A stretch of DNA of 40,383 nucleotides from an uncultured Candidatus Saccharibacteria bacterium (lineage in GTDB: Bacteria; Patescibacteriota; Minisyncoccia; Minisyncoccales; Staskawiczbacteraceae), in NCBI GenBank assembly GCA_964372785.1, contig CAYJSA010000001.1, positions 2,226-42,608 of the forward strand, written 5' to 3'. Made by a program: the position numbers and the translations under genes. The notes below the pieces were generated by a model. It was not told where the DNA came from and did not search any database. It was given only the letters and a program-made list of their open reading frames with translations. Positions 30,567 through 38,603 of this stretch are shown one piece after another. How positions within the stretch are numbered: the stretch's first letter is position 1; every line of letters begins with the position of its first letter.

Positions 30567-31066
30567 ATAGACTAGTAGCACTTTTAATAGACAGTGGATT
30601 TCCATGACCTGGGCAATTAGGGCTTAAAATATCGAGCTTTAATTCACCGGGTTATGGACTGATCCATTCAATTCGGGCGTATTTCGCCCTTTCAAAGGAG
30701 TGTGCCTCATGCCTCGATCCCCGCCTCGTACCGCGGAATCCGTGTTTTACGCCGGCTTATCAAAGAGCCTGGCTCCGTAACGCTCGGCAAGGGCGTCGCC
30801 GGTGACATGGACGTCACCGAGAAACTGCCAAGGATGGCAACTCGATGGTAAGGATACCATCGAAACCAGCCAAGGAAGGTGCTCGATGGCAGGACGCTAT
30901 CGAAAACCAGCCAAGGACGGCATAGCCATGGATTGGCTGACAGTGTGCCAAGCGTCACGGATGACGCTCCCGTAAGCGGCAACAGAGTCAAATCATCGTA
31001 ACCCGATGAAATGAAACTGTTGCCGCGTTTCATTATATAGACAGAGATTCCCTCTGTATTTTTTTT
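30567..31066 (+). ncRNA. candidate ~500-nt GC-rich RNA with five AGGA motifs (possibly also encoding micro-ORFs)
   Basis: AGGA in hairpin loops at 30831, 30851 and 30891, and as CCAAGGA at 30873 and 30914. Tandem ~41-nt unit 30841-30879 / 30882-30920. Terminator ACAGAG-ATTCC-CTCTGT-ATTTTTTTT (31041-31066). SD-led 23-codon ORF at 30709-30780. Confidence 0.45.
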
Positions 31067-31091
31067 GGGAATTGATATAGAATATACCAAT

Positions 31092-32096
31092 ATGTCACCT
31101 AAAATTGCCTTTTTTGAAGTTAAGCCTTGGGAAGAAGAATATTTAAAAAATCGGTTCAATGACACTGACCTGACTTTTTTTACCGACAAACTTTCAGTTG
31201 GAAATGTCAGCTTGGTAAGCACCCACCAAGTCATTTCTGTTTTTGTGGATTCTCAAATTACCCGCGAAGTGCTTGAGAAACTGCCAAATGTTAAAATGAT
31301 TGCAACCAGATCAACCGGTTTTGACCACATTGACGCACAAGCTTGCAAAGAAAAAGGGGTTACTATTTGCACAGTGCCTCATTATGGGGAAAATACCGTG
31401 GCCGAACACACCTTTGCGTTGATTTTGGATTTATCACGGAAAATTTACCAATCCGTTGATAGCGTAAAAAAAGAAGGATTTGCAATTTCAGGCTTAATGG
31501 GCTTTGATTTAAAAGATAAAACCATAGGAATTGTTGGAATGGGCCACATTGGCCAGCACGTTGCCAGAATTGCCAACGGTTTTGAAATGAATGTGTTGGG
31601 CTACGACGCCGTGGAAGATAAAAAACTGGCAAAAGGTTTGGGTTTTACCTATGCATCTTTGGAAGAATTGTTAAAAAATTCAGATATTATCACCTTGCAC
31701 GTGCCTTTGAATGAAAAAACCCAGCATTTGATAAATTCACAAAATATCAGCTTAATTAAACGGGGGGCTTATTTAATAAATACCGCGCGCGGGGGAATTA
31801 TTGAAACGGCTGCCTTGGTTGATGCGCTGGGCAAAGGAATTATTGCTGGGGCTGGATTAGATGTGCTGGAAGAAGAATGTTTCGTAAAAGAAGAGGCTCA
31901 TTTATTGTCAAAAGATTTTTCTGATAAATGCGATATCAAAACCATGTTGCAAAACCACATTTTAATGGATCGTAAAAATGTGATTATCACTCCCCACAAT
32001 GCCTTTAATTCGCGCGAAGCGCTGGAAAGAATTTTGGAAACAACTGTTGAGAATATTGTCGCATTTACTAAAGGAAAAACCATAAACAATGTTTGA
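31092..32096 (+). CDS. D-isomer-specific 2-hydroxyacid dehydrogenase
   Basis: GIVGMGHIGQHVA NAD fold, NTARGGII, TPHNAFNS. Confidence 0.85.
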   Translation: MSPKIAFFEVKPWEEEYLKNRFNDTDLTFFTDKLSVGNVSLVSTHQVISVFVDSQITREVLEKLPNVKMIATRSTGFDHIDAQACKEKGVTICTVPHYGENTVAEHTFALILDLSRKIYQSVDSVKKEGFAISGLMGFDLKDKTIGIVGMGHIGQHVARIANGFEMNVLGYDAVEDKKLAKGLGFTYASLEELLKNSDIITLHVPLNEKTQHLINSQNISLIKRGAYLINTARGGIIETAALVDALGKGIIAGAGLDVLEEECFVKEEAHLLSKDFSDKCDIKTMLQNHILMDRKNVIITPHNAFNSREALERILETTVENIVAFTKGKTINNV

Positions 32097-33045
32097 TTTA
32101 ATTATAATTGGGGCGGGACCGGCCGGAATTTCTGCCGGAATTTACGCTGCTCGCCAAAAACTGAAAATTTTAATTCTTTCTAAAGATATTGGCGGACAAG
32201 TGGCTAAAAAAGCCGTTGATATTGAAAATTATCCGGGTTTTGAAAAAATCTCCGGGCCGGACTTGGTTGAGCTTTATAAAAAACAAATTAAGGGCAATGA
32301 ACTTGAGGTTGTGATAGAAGAAGTAGTCAGCATTGAAAAGTTGCCAAATTCTTCACTTACCAATTCGGCCGAATTGGTAAGTAGGGGTACATTTTTAGTA
32401 AAAACAAAATCCGGTAAAAGTTACGAAACCTTGTCAGTAATTATTACTTCGGGAGCAAAATCAAAGTTAATCAATGTGCCGGGTGAAGAAAAGTTTGCGG
32501 GTCGTGGCGTAAGTTACTGCAGCCTCTGTGACGGTCCAGTATTTAAAAATAAAATTTTAGCGGTAGTCGGTGGAGGCAATAATGGTTTTGAATCGGCATT
32601 ATTTTTATCAAACTATGTTCCCAAGATAACTATTTTAGAGTATGGGGATAAAATAAATGCTGATTTAGAAAACCAAGAAGCGGTTGCCAAGCATAAAAAT
32701 ATTGAGGTAGTAACTAATGCGAAAGTGTTAAGGATTGAAGGCAAAGTCTTTGTAAATGCCATTGTGTATGAAGACCGAGTTTCTGGAGAGGAAAAGAAAT
32801 TAGATGTCGCCGGCGTCTTTGTGGAAGTAGGGTATAGCCCGGCAACTAACTTTTTGGGAGATTTGGTAGAGTTAAACGACAAAAAAGAAATCATGTTTAA
32901 CCCAGAAACTTTAGAAACCAAAACCCCTGGCCTTTTTTCTGCAGGGGATTGCAATATGTCAAAATATAAACAAATTGTCATGGCTTCCGGCGAAGGAGCC
33001 AAAGCAGCCTTGAGCGCGTATAATTATATTAAGAAGCAGAAATAG
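32089..33045 (+). CDS. trxB: thioredoxin-disulfide reductase
   Basis: IIGAGPAG, CSLCDG redox centre, GGGNNGFESA. Confidence 0.85.
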   Translation: MFDLIIIGAGPAGISAGIYAARQKLKILILSKDIGGQVAKKAVDIENYPGFEKISGPDLVELYKKQIKGNELEVVIEEVVSIEKLPNSSLTNSAELVSRGTFLVKTKSGKSYETLSVIITSGAKSKLINVPGEEKFAGRGVSYCSLCDGPVFKNKILAVVGGGNNGFESALFLSNYVPKITILEYGDKINADLENQEAVAKHKNIEVVTNAKVLRIEGKVFVNAIVYEDRVSGEEKKLDVAGVFVEVGYSPATNFLGDLVELNDKKEIMFNPETLETKTPGLFSAGDCNMSKYKQIVMASGEGAKAALSAYNYIKKQK

Positions 33046-33078
33046 TAAAAAGTAATTACAGGTAAATTGTAAAAAAAC

Positions 33079-33110
33079 ACGGCTTTCGGATGATAGTATC
33101 CGAAAGCCGT
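33079..33110. terminator. bidirectional hairpin terminator (trxB / cassette G)
   Basis: 13-bp stem ACGGCTTTCGGAT-GATAGT-ATCCGAAAGCCGT with an A-run upstream. Confidence 0.7.
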
Positions 33111-33115
33111 TATGC

Positions 33116-33577
33116 CTAATCACCAAAGTGGAGTTCGATGGCCTTCTTCATCTGCGTGGCAAGCTGTTGGAACGTTTTTCGGTCCGCAGGTCGCTGGAGA
33201 AACCGCGCTGCTACGCAGTGCATTTCTGTCGTGAATTGCAGCTTCTCTGTTCCCGCTTTCCATGGATCGGCCGATAAATGAACATCTGTGATTTTCCCTT
33301 CCAGGGTAGTCACCACAATGAGGGGGTCGGCGATATTGGCCCATCGCCGATATCGCTCGAGGACAGTCTTGTCGAGCTTCTCGTAGAAGCTATCCTTGCT
33401 TCGGAGCTCGAGATACCTGTCGCCTGGTGCGCGGTGAAACTTGAAGGGCGTGCCTTCAACTTCCTTTTTGATGCGAACGATCTCCTTTTTGTACTCGGCA
33501 GCTCGGTCTTTTTCCTGCGCCGATACCAGGGTTGTTGCATATACGCACGCAACTACCATGGCCTGGATTAGTCTCAT
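33116..33577 (-). CDS. 153-aa exported hypothetical protein (cassette G)
   Basis: ATG 33577 after AAGGAGGG. Signal peptide MRLIQAMVVACVYATTLVSAQ. Confidence 0.6.
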   Translation of the reverse strand: MRLIQAMVVACVYATTLVSAQEKDRAAEYKKEIVRIKKEVEGTPFKFHRAPGDRYLELRSKDSFYEKLDKTVLERYRRWANIADPLIVVTTLEGKITDVHLSADPWKAGTEKLQFTTEMHCVAARFLQRPADRKTFQQLATQMKKAIELHFGD

Positions 33578-33626
33578 GTTACCCTCCTTTTTGGGTAAGT
33601 GTGTAGGGGACATAAACCACTTCTAA

Positions 33627-33655
33627 ATACTAGCACTGGTAAAGTAATATGTCAA
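33627..33655 (-). promoter_or_regulatory. promoter of cassette G
   Basis: Minus strand: TTGACA (33655-33650), 17 nt, TAGTAT (33632-33627). Confidence 0.5.
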
Positions 33656-33708
33656 GCGTTGTTACATTTTATCAGGTTTGGTAAAATGAATTATAAAAAA
33701 AGTAAAAA

Positions 33709-34923
33709 ATGTCTAAAATAAAAAGTATAGAAGCTCGTCAAATTAATGACTCGCGCGGCAACCCGACAGTAGAGGTTGTACTGGAAACTGAAAAAGGCAG
33801 TTTTTTGGCCTCTTGTCCATCAGGAGTTTCAACTGGGGAAAATGAGGCCGTCGCGTTGCCGGCCGCCCAGGCGATTGAAAATATCCATAAAATAATCTCG
33901 CCAAAGTTGCTTGGTCGCGAAGCTTCAAACCAAAAAGAATTGGATGAGTTGATGATTGCGCTCGATGGAACAAAACACAAATCAAGGCTCGGAGCCAACG
34001 CCATTTTGCCGATTTCTATTGCAATTTGCCGAGCGGGCGCCGCGTCCAAGAAAGTTCCTCTTTATCAACATATCGCTGAAATTGGAAATTGGGAATTGGG
34101 AATTGGGAATTTCAAGATGCCTTCGCCCAGTTTTAATTTCATTGAGGGGGGAGCGCACGCTACCAATCAGTTAGATATTCAGGAATTTATGGTGGTTCCG
34201 CAAGGGAAAACATTCCAGGAAAATTTAGTCATGGCAAGCAGAATATTTAATAACCTGACGGAATTATTGAAAAAAAGTTTTGGCGCAGTGCCAGAAATGG
34301 GTGATGAGGGCGGGTACGCCCCCGCAATGAAAGAGGCCGAGCAGGCTTTGGTAATGCTCAAAGCCGCCATTGGCAATGAACACGCAAAAATTGCTTTAGA
34401 TTGCGCCGCTTCGGAATTTTTTAAGGACGGAAAATATGTTTTAAAAAGTTCGGGTGAAGAAACTCGCGACCAGTTGTTATATTTTTACCAAGATATTGTG
34501 GCGCGTTTTCCAATAATTTCCATTGAAGATCCGTTCGCACAAATTGATTGGGAGGGATTTAAGGCGTTAAATTCTCAATTACCAATTTCTAATTTCCAAT
34601 TTCTTATCGGCGACGACCTAACGACTACTAATATAGAAAGAATAAAAGAAGCGCATAGTAAAAATGCTTGCAATGGAGTAATAATAAAACCAAATCAAAT
34701 CGGAACAGTCTGGGAAGCCATTGAAGCGGTAAATTTAGTAAAATCGTATGGCTGGAAGGTTATGGCAAGCCACCGAGGAGGCGAAACTATGGATAGTTTC
34801 ATCGCTGATTTTGCCGTTGGGGTAGGGGCAGATTTTATTAAAGCTGGGGCTTATACTAAAGAAGAAAGAATGGTAAAATACAATAGGTTGATGGAAATTG
34901 AACAAGAATTGAATAAAAAGTAA
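33709..34923 (+). CDS. eno: enolase with two short in-frame repeat insertions
   Basis: IEARQINDSRGNPTVEV, IEDPF, IKPNQIGT. Confidence 0.9.
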   Translation: MSKIKSIEARQINDSRGNPTVEVVLETEKGSFLASCPSGVSTGENEAVALPAAQAIENIHKIISPKLLGREASNQKELDELMIALDGTKHKSRLGANAILPISIAICRAGAASKKVPLYQHIAEIGNWELGIGNFKMPSPSFNFIEGGAHATNQLDIQEFMVVPQGKTFQENLVMASRIFNNLTELLKKSFGAVPEMGDEGGYAPAMKEAEQALVMLKAAIGNEHAKIALDCAASEFFKDGKYVLKSSGEETRDQLLYFYQDIVARFPIISIEDPFAQIDWEGFKALNSQLPISNFQFLIGDDLTTTNIERIKEAHSKNACNGVIIKPNQIGTVWEAIEAVNLVKSYGWKVMASHRGGETMDSFIADFAVGVGADFIKAGAYTKEERMVKYNRLMEIEQELNKK

Positions 34924-34927
34924 CTAG

Positions 34928-34967
34928 TTAGTTTAGTACCACGTACTAGTACGTGGTACTAAACTAA
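34928..34967. promoter_or_regulatory. 40-bp perfect palindrome with ACTAGT core; candidate operator/terminator upstream of the TrpR-like gene
   Basis: TTAGTTTAGTACCACGTACT|AGTACGTGGTACTAAACTAA. The 26-bp core is identical to 35511-35536. Confidence 0.5.
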
Positions 34968-34974
34968 ACGTACT

Positions 34975-35499
34975 ATGGGAATATTCCATTTGCAGGATTT
35001 ACCTAAGAATAAGAGAATTCAGATGATTGGTGAGTTTTATGATATGATTGATTCGCTCAAGGATCGAAATGAGGTTCGTTTGTTTTTCAAATCACTATTA
35101 ACGGCAGATGAGATTGCTACATTAATGCGCAGGGTGGAAATCGCCGTGCTTTTATCTGCGGATTTTACGTACGACGCGATTGCAAATATATTAAGTGTGG
35201 GGAGGGGGAAAATTACCAGTGTTAATAAGTCTTTTTTACAAGATGATAGTGGTTATGATATTATTGTAAAAAGATTGATAGAAAATAGAAAAAACAGATT
35301 GAGGAAAATGGAAAAAGCAGAAAGGGACAAAATGTCACCGCTAACGAAATTAAAGAAAAATCTTCGGCACGCTTTGTTGGCTAATTTGCTTGATGCAGCC
35401 ATATCGAAGTTACAGGAAGACGATAAGCAGCTGGGTGAGGCTGCATTATTTTTTACACCTTCGGCGGGTGTTGAGAAGAAAAAAAGAAACAGAACTTAA
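34975..35499 (+). CDS. TrpR-like (YerC/YecD family) DNA-binding protein
   Basis: LLTADEIATLMRRVEIAVLL...TYDAIANILSVGRGKITSV matches the TrpR/YerC HTH pattern. Confidence 0.65.
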   Translation: MGIFHLQDLPKNKRIQMIGEFYDMIDSLKDRNEVRLFFKSLLTADEIATLMRRVEIAVLLSADFTYDAIANILSVGRGKITSVNKSFLQDDSGYDIIVKRLIENRKNRLRKMEKAERDKMSPLTKLKKNLRHALLANLLDAAISKLQEDDKQLGEAALFFTPSAGVEKKKRNRT

Positions 35500-35509
35500 A
35501 AATTGATTA

Positions 35510-35537
35510 CAGTACCACGTACTAGTACGTGGTACTG
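35510..35537. promoter_or_regulatory. 28-bp perfect palindrome, second copy of the ACTAGT-core site
   Basis: CAGTACCACGTACT|AGTACGTGGTACTG, between the TrpR-like gene and gpmA. Confidence 0.5.
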
Positions 35538-35548
35538 GGTGATGTTAT

Positions 35549-36214
35549 ATGGCTAAACTATTTTTATTACGGCATTTAAAAAGTCAGTGGAATTTAGATA
35601 AAGAGTTTTCTGGCTGGGCCGATAACCCTTTGTCAAAAGAGGGGATTTTGGCTGCCCCTGAAATTGCCCAAAAATTGATCAATGAAAAAATTGACGTGAT
35701 ATATACTTCTGAATTGATACGCAATAAAGAAACGGTGCTAAGAATTTTTGAACATTTCCCTGACAGGTATCCGTTGTTTATGCATTTAGATAAGGGGAAA
35801 ATGCAGCAGTGGGGTAAGTTTACCGATAAGAGTAACCAAGATGTGCCGGTATATGTTTCCGAAAAACTTAATGAACGCTACTACGGCGCTTTGCAGGGTT
35901 TAATACACGAAGATGTCATTAAAAAATATGGCGAAGAACTAGTGCATTTATGGCGAAGGGATTACAAAAAAAGGCCGCCGAGAGGAGAGTCATTGCAAGA
36001 TGTGTATAAGCGAGCCGTGCCGTTTTTTAAAAAGTATATTATCAAGGATTTATCAAAAGACAAAAACGTATTAGTGGTAGCAAGCCACAACAGTTTACGG
36101 GCAATTGTAAAATTTATTGAACATATTTCAGATAAGGATATTGCCAATGTGGAATTGCCATTCGGCTCTTTAATCCAGTACGAATTCAATGGGAATTTTA
36201 CAATTAAAAAGTAA
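35549..36214 (+). CDS. gpmA: 2,3-bisphosphoglycerate-dependent phosphoglycerate mutase (histidine phosphatase family)
   Basis: LLRHLKSQWN (RHG-type motif) and SHNSLRAI. Confidence 0.8.
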   Translation: MAKLFLLRHLKSQWNLDKEFSGWADNPLSKEGILAAPEIAQKLINEKIDVIYTSELIRNKETVLRIFEHFPDRYPLFMHLDKGKMQQWGKFTDKSNQDVPVYVSEKLNERYYGALQGLIHEDVIKKYGEELVHLWRRDYKKRPPRGESLQDVYKRAVPFFKKYIIKDLSKDKNVLVVASHNSLRAIVKFIEHISDKDIANVELPFGSLIQYEFNGNFTIKK

Positions 36215-36258
36215 CGTAGTATCATTAGGGATAATAAAAAATATTAAGTCTTTTTACA

Positions 36259-36606
36259 ATGTTTAGATTAAATAAAAATTCGGTATTGGTGGGAGTTGCA
36301 ATTCTGGCGATTATTGTTACCGGATGTTTGCTTTTAATTAACATAAATCCCAATGTAAGGACTTTGTTTTCAGGGCTAGGAATGTCTAACAAGGCAGTAG
36401 CCAAAAATGCCGTAGAATATATCAACAAAAATCTATTGCAACCCGGCCAAACAGTCTCTCTGGAAAGTTTCTCTGAAGAAAGCGGATTAATAAAATTAAA
36501 GGTGAATGTTGACGGGAAAAGTTATAATAGTTATGTATCAAGGGATGGTAAATTGCTGTTTCCCGTGGATCCTGTCATGATGGATGCTCGGGGCGCACAA
36601 AAGTAA
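36259..36606 (+). CDS. hypothetical membrane-anchored protein
   Basis: N-terminal TM VLVGVAILAIIVTGCLLLI. 115 aa. Confidence 0.55.
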   Translation: MFRLNKNSVLVGVAILAIIVTGCLLLININPNVRTLFSGLGMSNKAVAKNAVEYINKNLLQPGQTVSLESFSEESGLIKLKVNVDGKSYNSYVSRDGKLLFPVDPVMMDARGAQK

Positions 36607-36661
36607 CCCGGCGGGGCTTTGATTTAACTGTAACCAGTCATACATTTAAAAAATATAAATC

Positions 36662-36892
36662 ATGATTACTATATATTCAACCCCAACCTGCGCGTATTGC
36701 AAAAGCCTAAAAGAGTATTTGACTGAAAAGAATATTAGATTTGAAGAAATCGATGTTTCTATAAATGAAAAAGAACTGGAAAAAATGGTGGCTATTTCGG
36801 GCCAAATGGGGGTTCCCGTGGTTGATATGGACGGTGAAGTGGTGATTGGTTTTGATAGGCAAAAAATAGACGAGATTCTAAAAATCACATAA
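36662..36892 (+). CDS. glutaredoxin/NrdH-like redoxin
   Basis: CAYC active site, GVPVV motif. 76 aa. Confidence 0.75.
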   Translation: MITIYSTPTCAYCKSLKEYLTEKNIRFEEIDVSINEKELEKMVAISGQMGVPVVDMDGEVVIGFDRQKIDEILKIT

Positions 36893-36938
36893 CACATAAC
36901 ATGAAGCACGGTAACAAAAAAACGCTTGTCGTAGTTTT

Positions 36939-36966
36939 GTTCCATGTTCCATGTTCCATGTTCCAT
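36939..36966 (+). repeat. (GTTCCAT)x4 tandem heptamer overlapping the gap start codon
   Basis: Four exact units, each creating an ATG (36944, 36951, 36958, 36965). The partly complementary CACATAA/CATGAA words lie upstream (36888-36906). Confidence 0.8.
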
Positions 36967-37987
36967 GACACGAATTGCAATCAATGGCTTTGGCCGTATC
37001 GGCCGACAAACATTTAGACGGATATTAGAAAAATATCCCGATTTGGAAGTTGTGGCGATCAATGACTTAACCGATACTGCTACCCTGGCGCATCTTTTTA
37101 AATACGATTCTAATTATGGAACTTTAGACAAAGAAGTGAGTGCTAAAGAAGATGCTATTGTCGTAAACGGCAAGGAGTATAAAGTTTTTGCCGAAAAGGA
37201 TCCATTAAAATTACCTTGGAAAAAGCTGGGCGTTGATATTGTGTTGGAATGCACCGGATTTTTTACTGATTATGATGGCGCCCAACTTCATATTAAAGCC
37301 GGCGCAAGAAAAGTGATTGTCTCGGCTCCCTGTAAATCAAAAGAAATGCCAAGTTTTGTGCTTGGAGTAAACGCTGATCAGTATGACGGAAAAATTGATG
37401 TGATGGATATGGGGTCTTGCACAACCAATTGCTTGGCCGTAGTTGCTAAAGTGCTACAAGATAATTTTGAAATAGAAAAAGGGTTTATGACCACGGTGCA
37501 TAGTTACACCAATGACCAAAAGATTTTAGATTTACCTCATGGTAGTGGTTCACATAGCGACTTGCGAAGAGCCAGGGCTGCCGCACTGAACATTATTCCT
37601 ACCAGCACCGGGGCTGCCATTGCCATAGGAAAGGTAATTCCTGAACTTGAAGGAAAGTTGGATGGAATTGCGATGCGGGTGCCAACTCCAGTGGTTTCCA
37701 TCTTAGATTTAATTGTGAATGTAAAAACAGCAATAACAAAAGAACAAGTGAACGAGGCTTTTAAAAAAGCTGAAATGCAGGACAACTTTAAGGGAATTTT
37801 ACGAAATGAAGCCCAACCTTTGGTATCTATGGATTTTAAAGGAGATTCGCATTCGGCCATCGTTGATTTGCAAGAAACCATGGCAAATGGAAATTTGGTA
37901 AAAGTGGTGGCTTGGTACGACAATGAATGGGGCTACTCTTGTAGATTGGCCGAATTCACAGATTTTGTAGCAAAGAAATTGAAGTAA
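36965..37987 (+). CDS. gap: glyceraldehyde-3-phosphate dehydrogenase
   Basis: MTRIAINGFGRIGR, SCTTNCLA active site. ATG 36965 gives the canonical N-terminus. Confidence 0.9.
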   Translation: MTRIAINGFGRIGRQTFRRILEKYPDLEVVAINDLTDTATLAHLFKYDSNYGTLDKEVSAKEDAIVVNGKEYKVFAEKDPLKLPWKKLGVDIVLECTGFFTDYDGAQLHIKAGARKVIVSAPCKSKEMPSFVLGVNADQYDGKIDVMDMGSCTTNCLAVVAKVLQDNFEIEKGFMTTVHSYTNDQKILDLPHGSGSHSDLRRARAAALNIIPTSTGAAIAIGKVIPELEGKLDGIAMRVPTPVVSILDLIVNVKTAITKEQVNEAFKKAEMQDNFKGILRNEAQPLVSMDFKGDSHSAIVDLQETMANGNLVKVVAWYDNEWGYSCRLAEFTDFVAKKLK

Positions 37988-38133
37988 CCCCACACCAATT
38001 TCAGTAGAGTTAGACGGCGTGCGGAGTTTGATGAGCGAAGCGCCTTCGGCTGTCGATATGGTAAATAGAAGATTTTCGGTAAAATTGGTGAAGGGGTTTC
38101 GCGCCGTTCAAGGAAGTTATATTTCGTCGCTCA

Positions 38134-38168
38134 AAAAAAGAAAGCGTTCCTGGAAGGAGCGCTTTTTG
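38134..38168. terminator. bidirectional terminator (gap / cassette H)
   Basis: AAAAAAA-GAA-AGCGTTCC-TGGAA-GGAGCGCT-TTTT. Confidence 0.65.
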
Positions 38169-38188
38169 GTTGAACTTGCTCGGGTCGG

Positions 38189-38482
38189 TTACTCAATGGA
38201 CCCGTAAAATCTTGCGCCCTTAGCGGGCCTGTAGTACTTGTGCTCGCTTTTTCCCGACGGAGCTTCGCCTCTAACAATGACGCCGGCCTTCAAGAGGCTG
38301 GCGATGCAAGAGGACACTTGGGTGGGGTATTCCACCCTTTCCAGTACGTCCTCGCCAGATAGGGTTTGTCCCCTGATCCAAGCGCGTATGAATTCCGCTT
38401 GAACCAAGAACATGATGGCTTCATTGGTGTCGTCCACACCGTTTTCCCTGATCCCAATCGTGAAGCGGTGTTTCGTAGCCAT
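38189..38482 (-). CDS. 97-aa winged-helix-like putative DNA-binding protein (cassette H)
   Basis: ATG 38482 after CAGGAG. ...LSGEDVLERVEYPTQVSSCIASLLKAGVIVRGE... resembles a wHTH recognition helix plus wing. Confidence 0.55.
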   Translation of the reverse strand: MATKHRFTIGIRENGVDDTNEAIMFLVQAEFIRAWIRGQTLSGEDVLERVEYPTQVSSCIASLLKAGVIVRGEAPSGKSEHKYYRPAKGARFYGSIE

Positions 38483-38522
38483 GGTTTTCTCCTGTTGAAT
38501 TTGACAGTAAGGACACAATTAG

Positions 38523-38550
38523 ATTCTATACTTTTTTTCCGTTTTGTAAA
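38523..38550 (-). promoter_or_regulatory. promoter of cassette H
   Basis: Minus strand: TTTACA (38550-38545), 16 nt, TAGAAT (38528-38523). Confidence 0.45.
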
Positions 38551-38567
38551 GGGTTGTTGCAAAATTT

Positions 38568-38596
38568 TTGGCATAGTACAATGAATGAATTAAATA
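38568..38596 (+). promoter_or_regulatory. promoter of ppsA with near-leaderless geometry
   Basis: TTGGCA (38568-38573), 17 nt, TAAATA (38591-38596). ATG 38604 is 8 nt after the -10. Confidence 0.4.
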
Positions 38597-38603
38597 GTGA
38601 AAC

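Noticed and set aside
30707-31234. 175-aa minus-strand ORF spanning cassette F and the start of the dehydrogenase gene.
   Set aside because: It is open only because the region is GC-rich. It overlaps the 5' end of a confident + gene, has no SD or promoter, and the + strand has a clear promoter and terminator.
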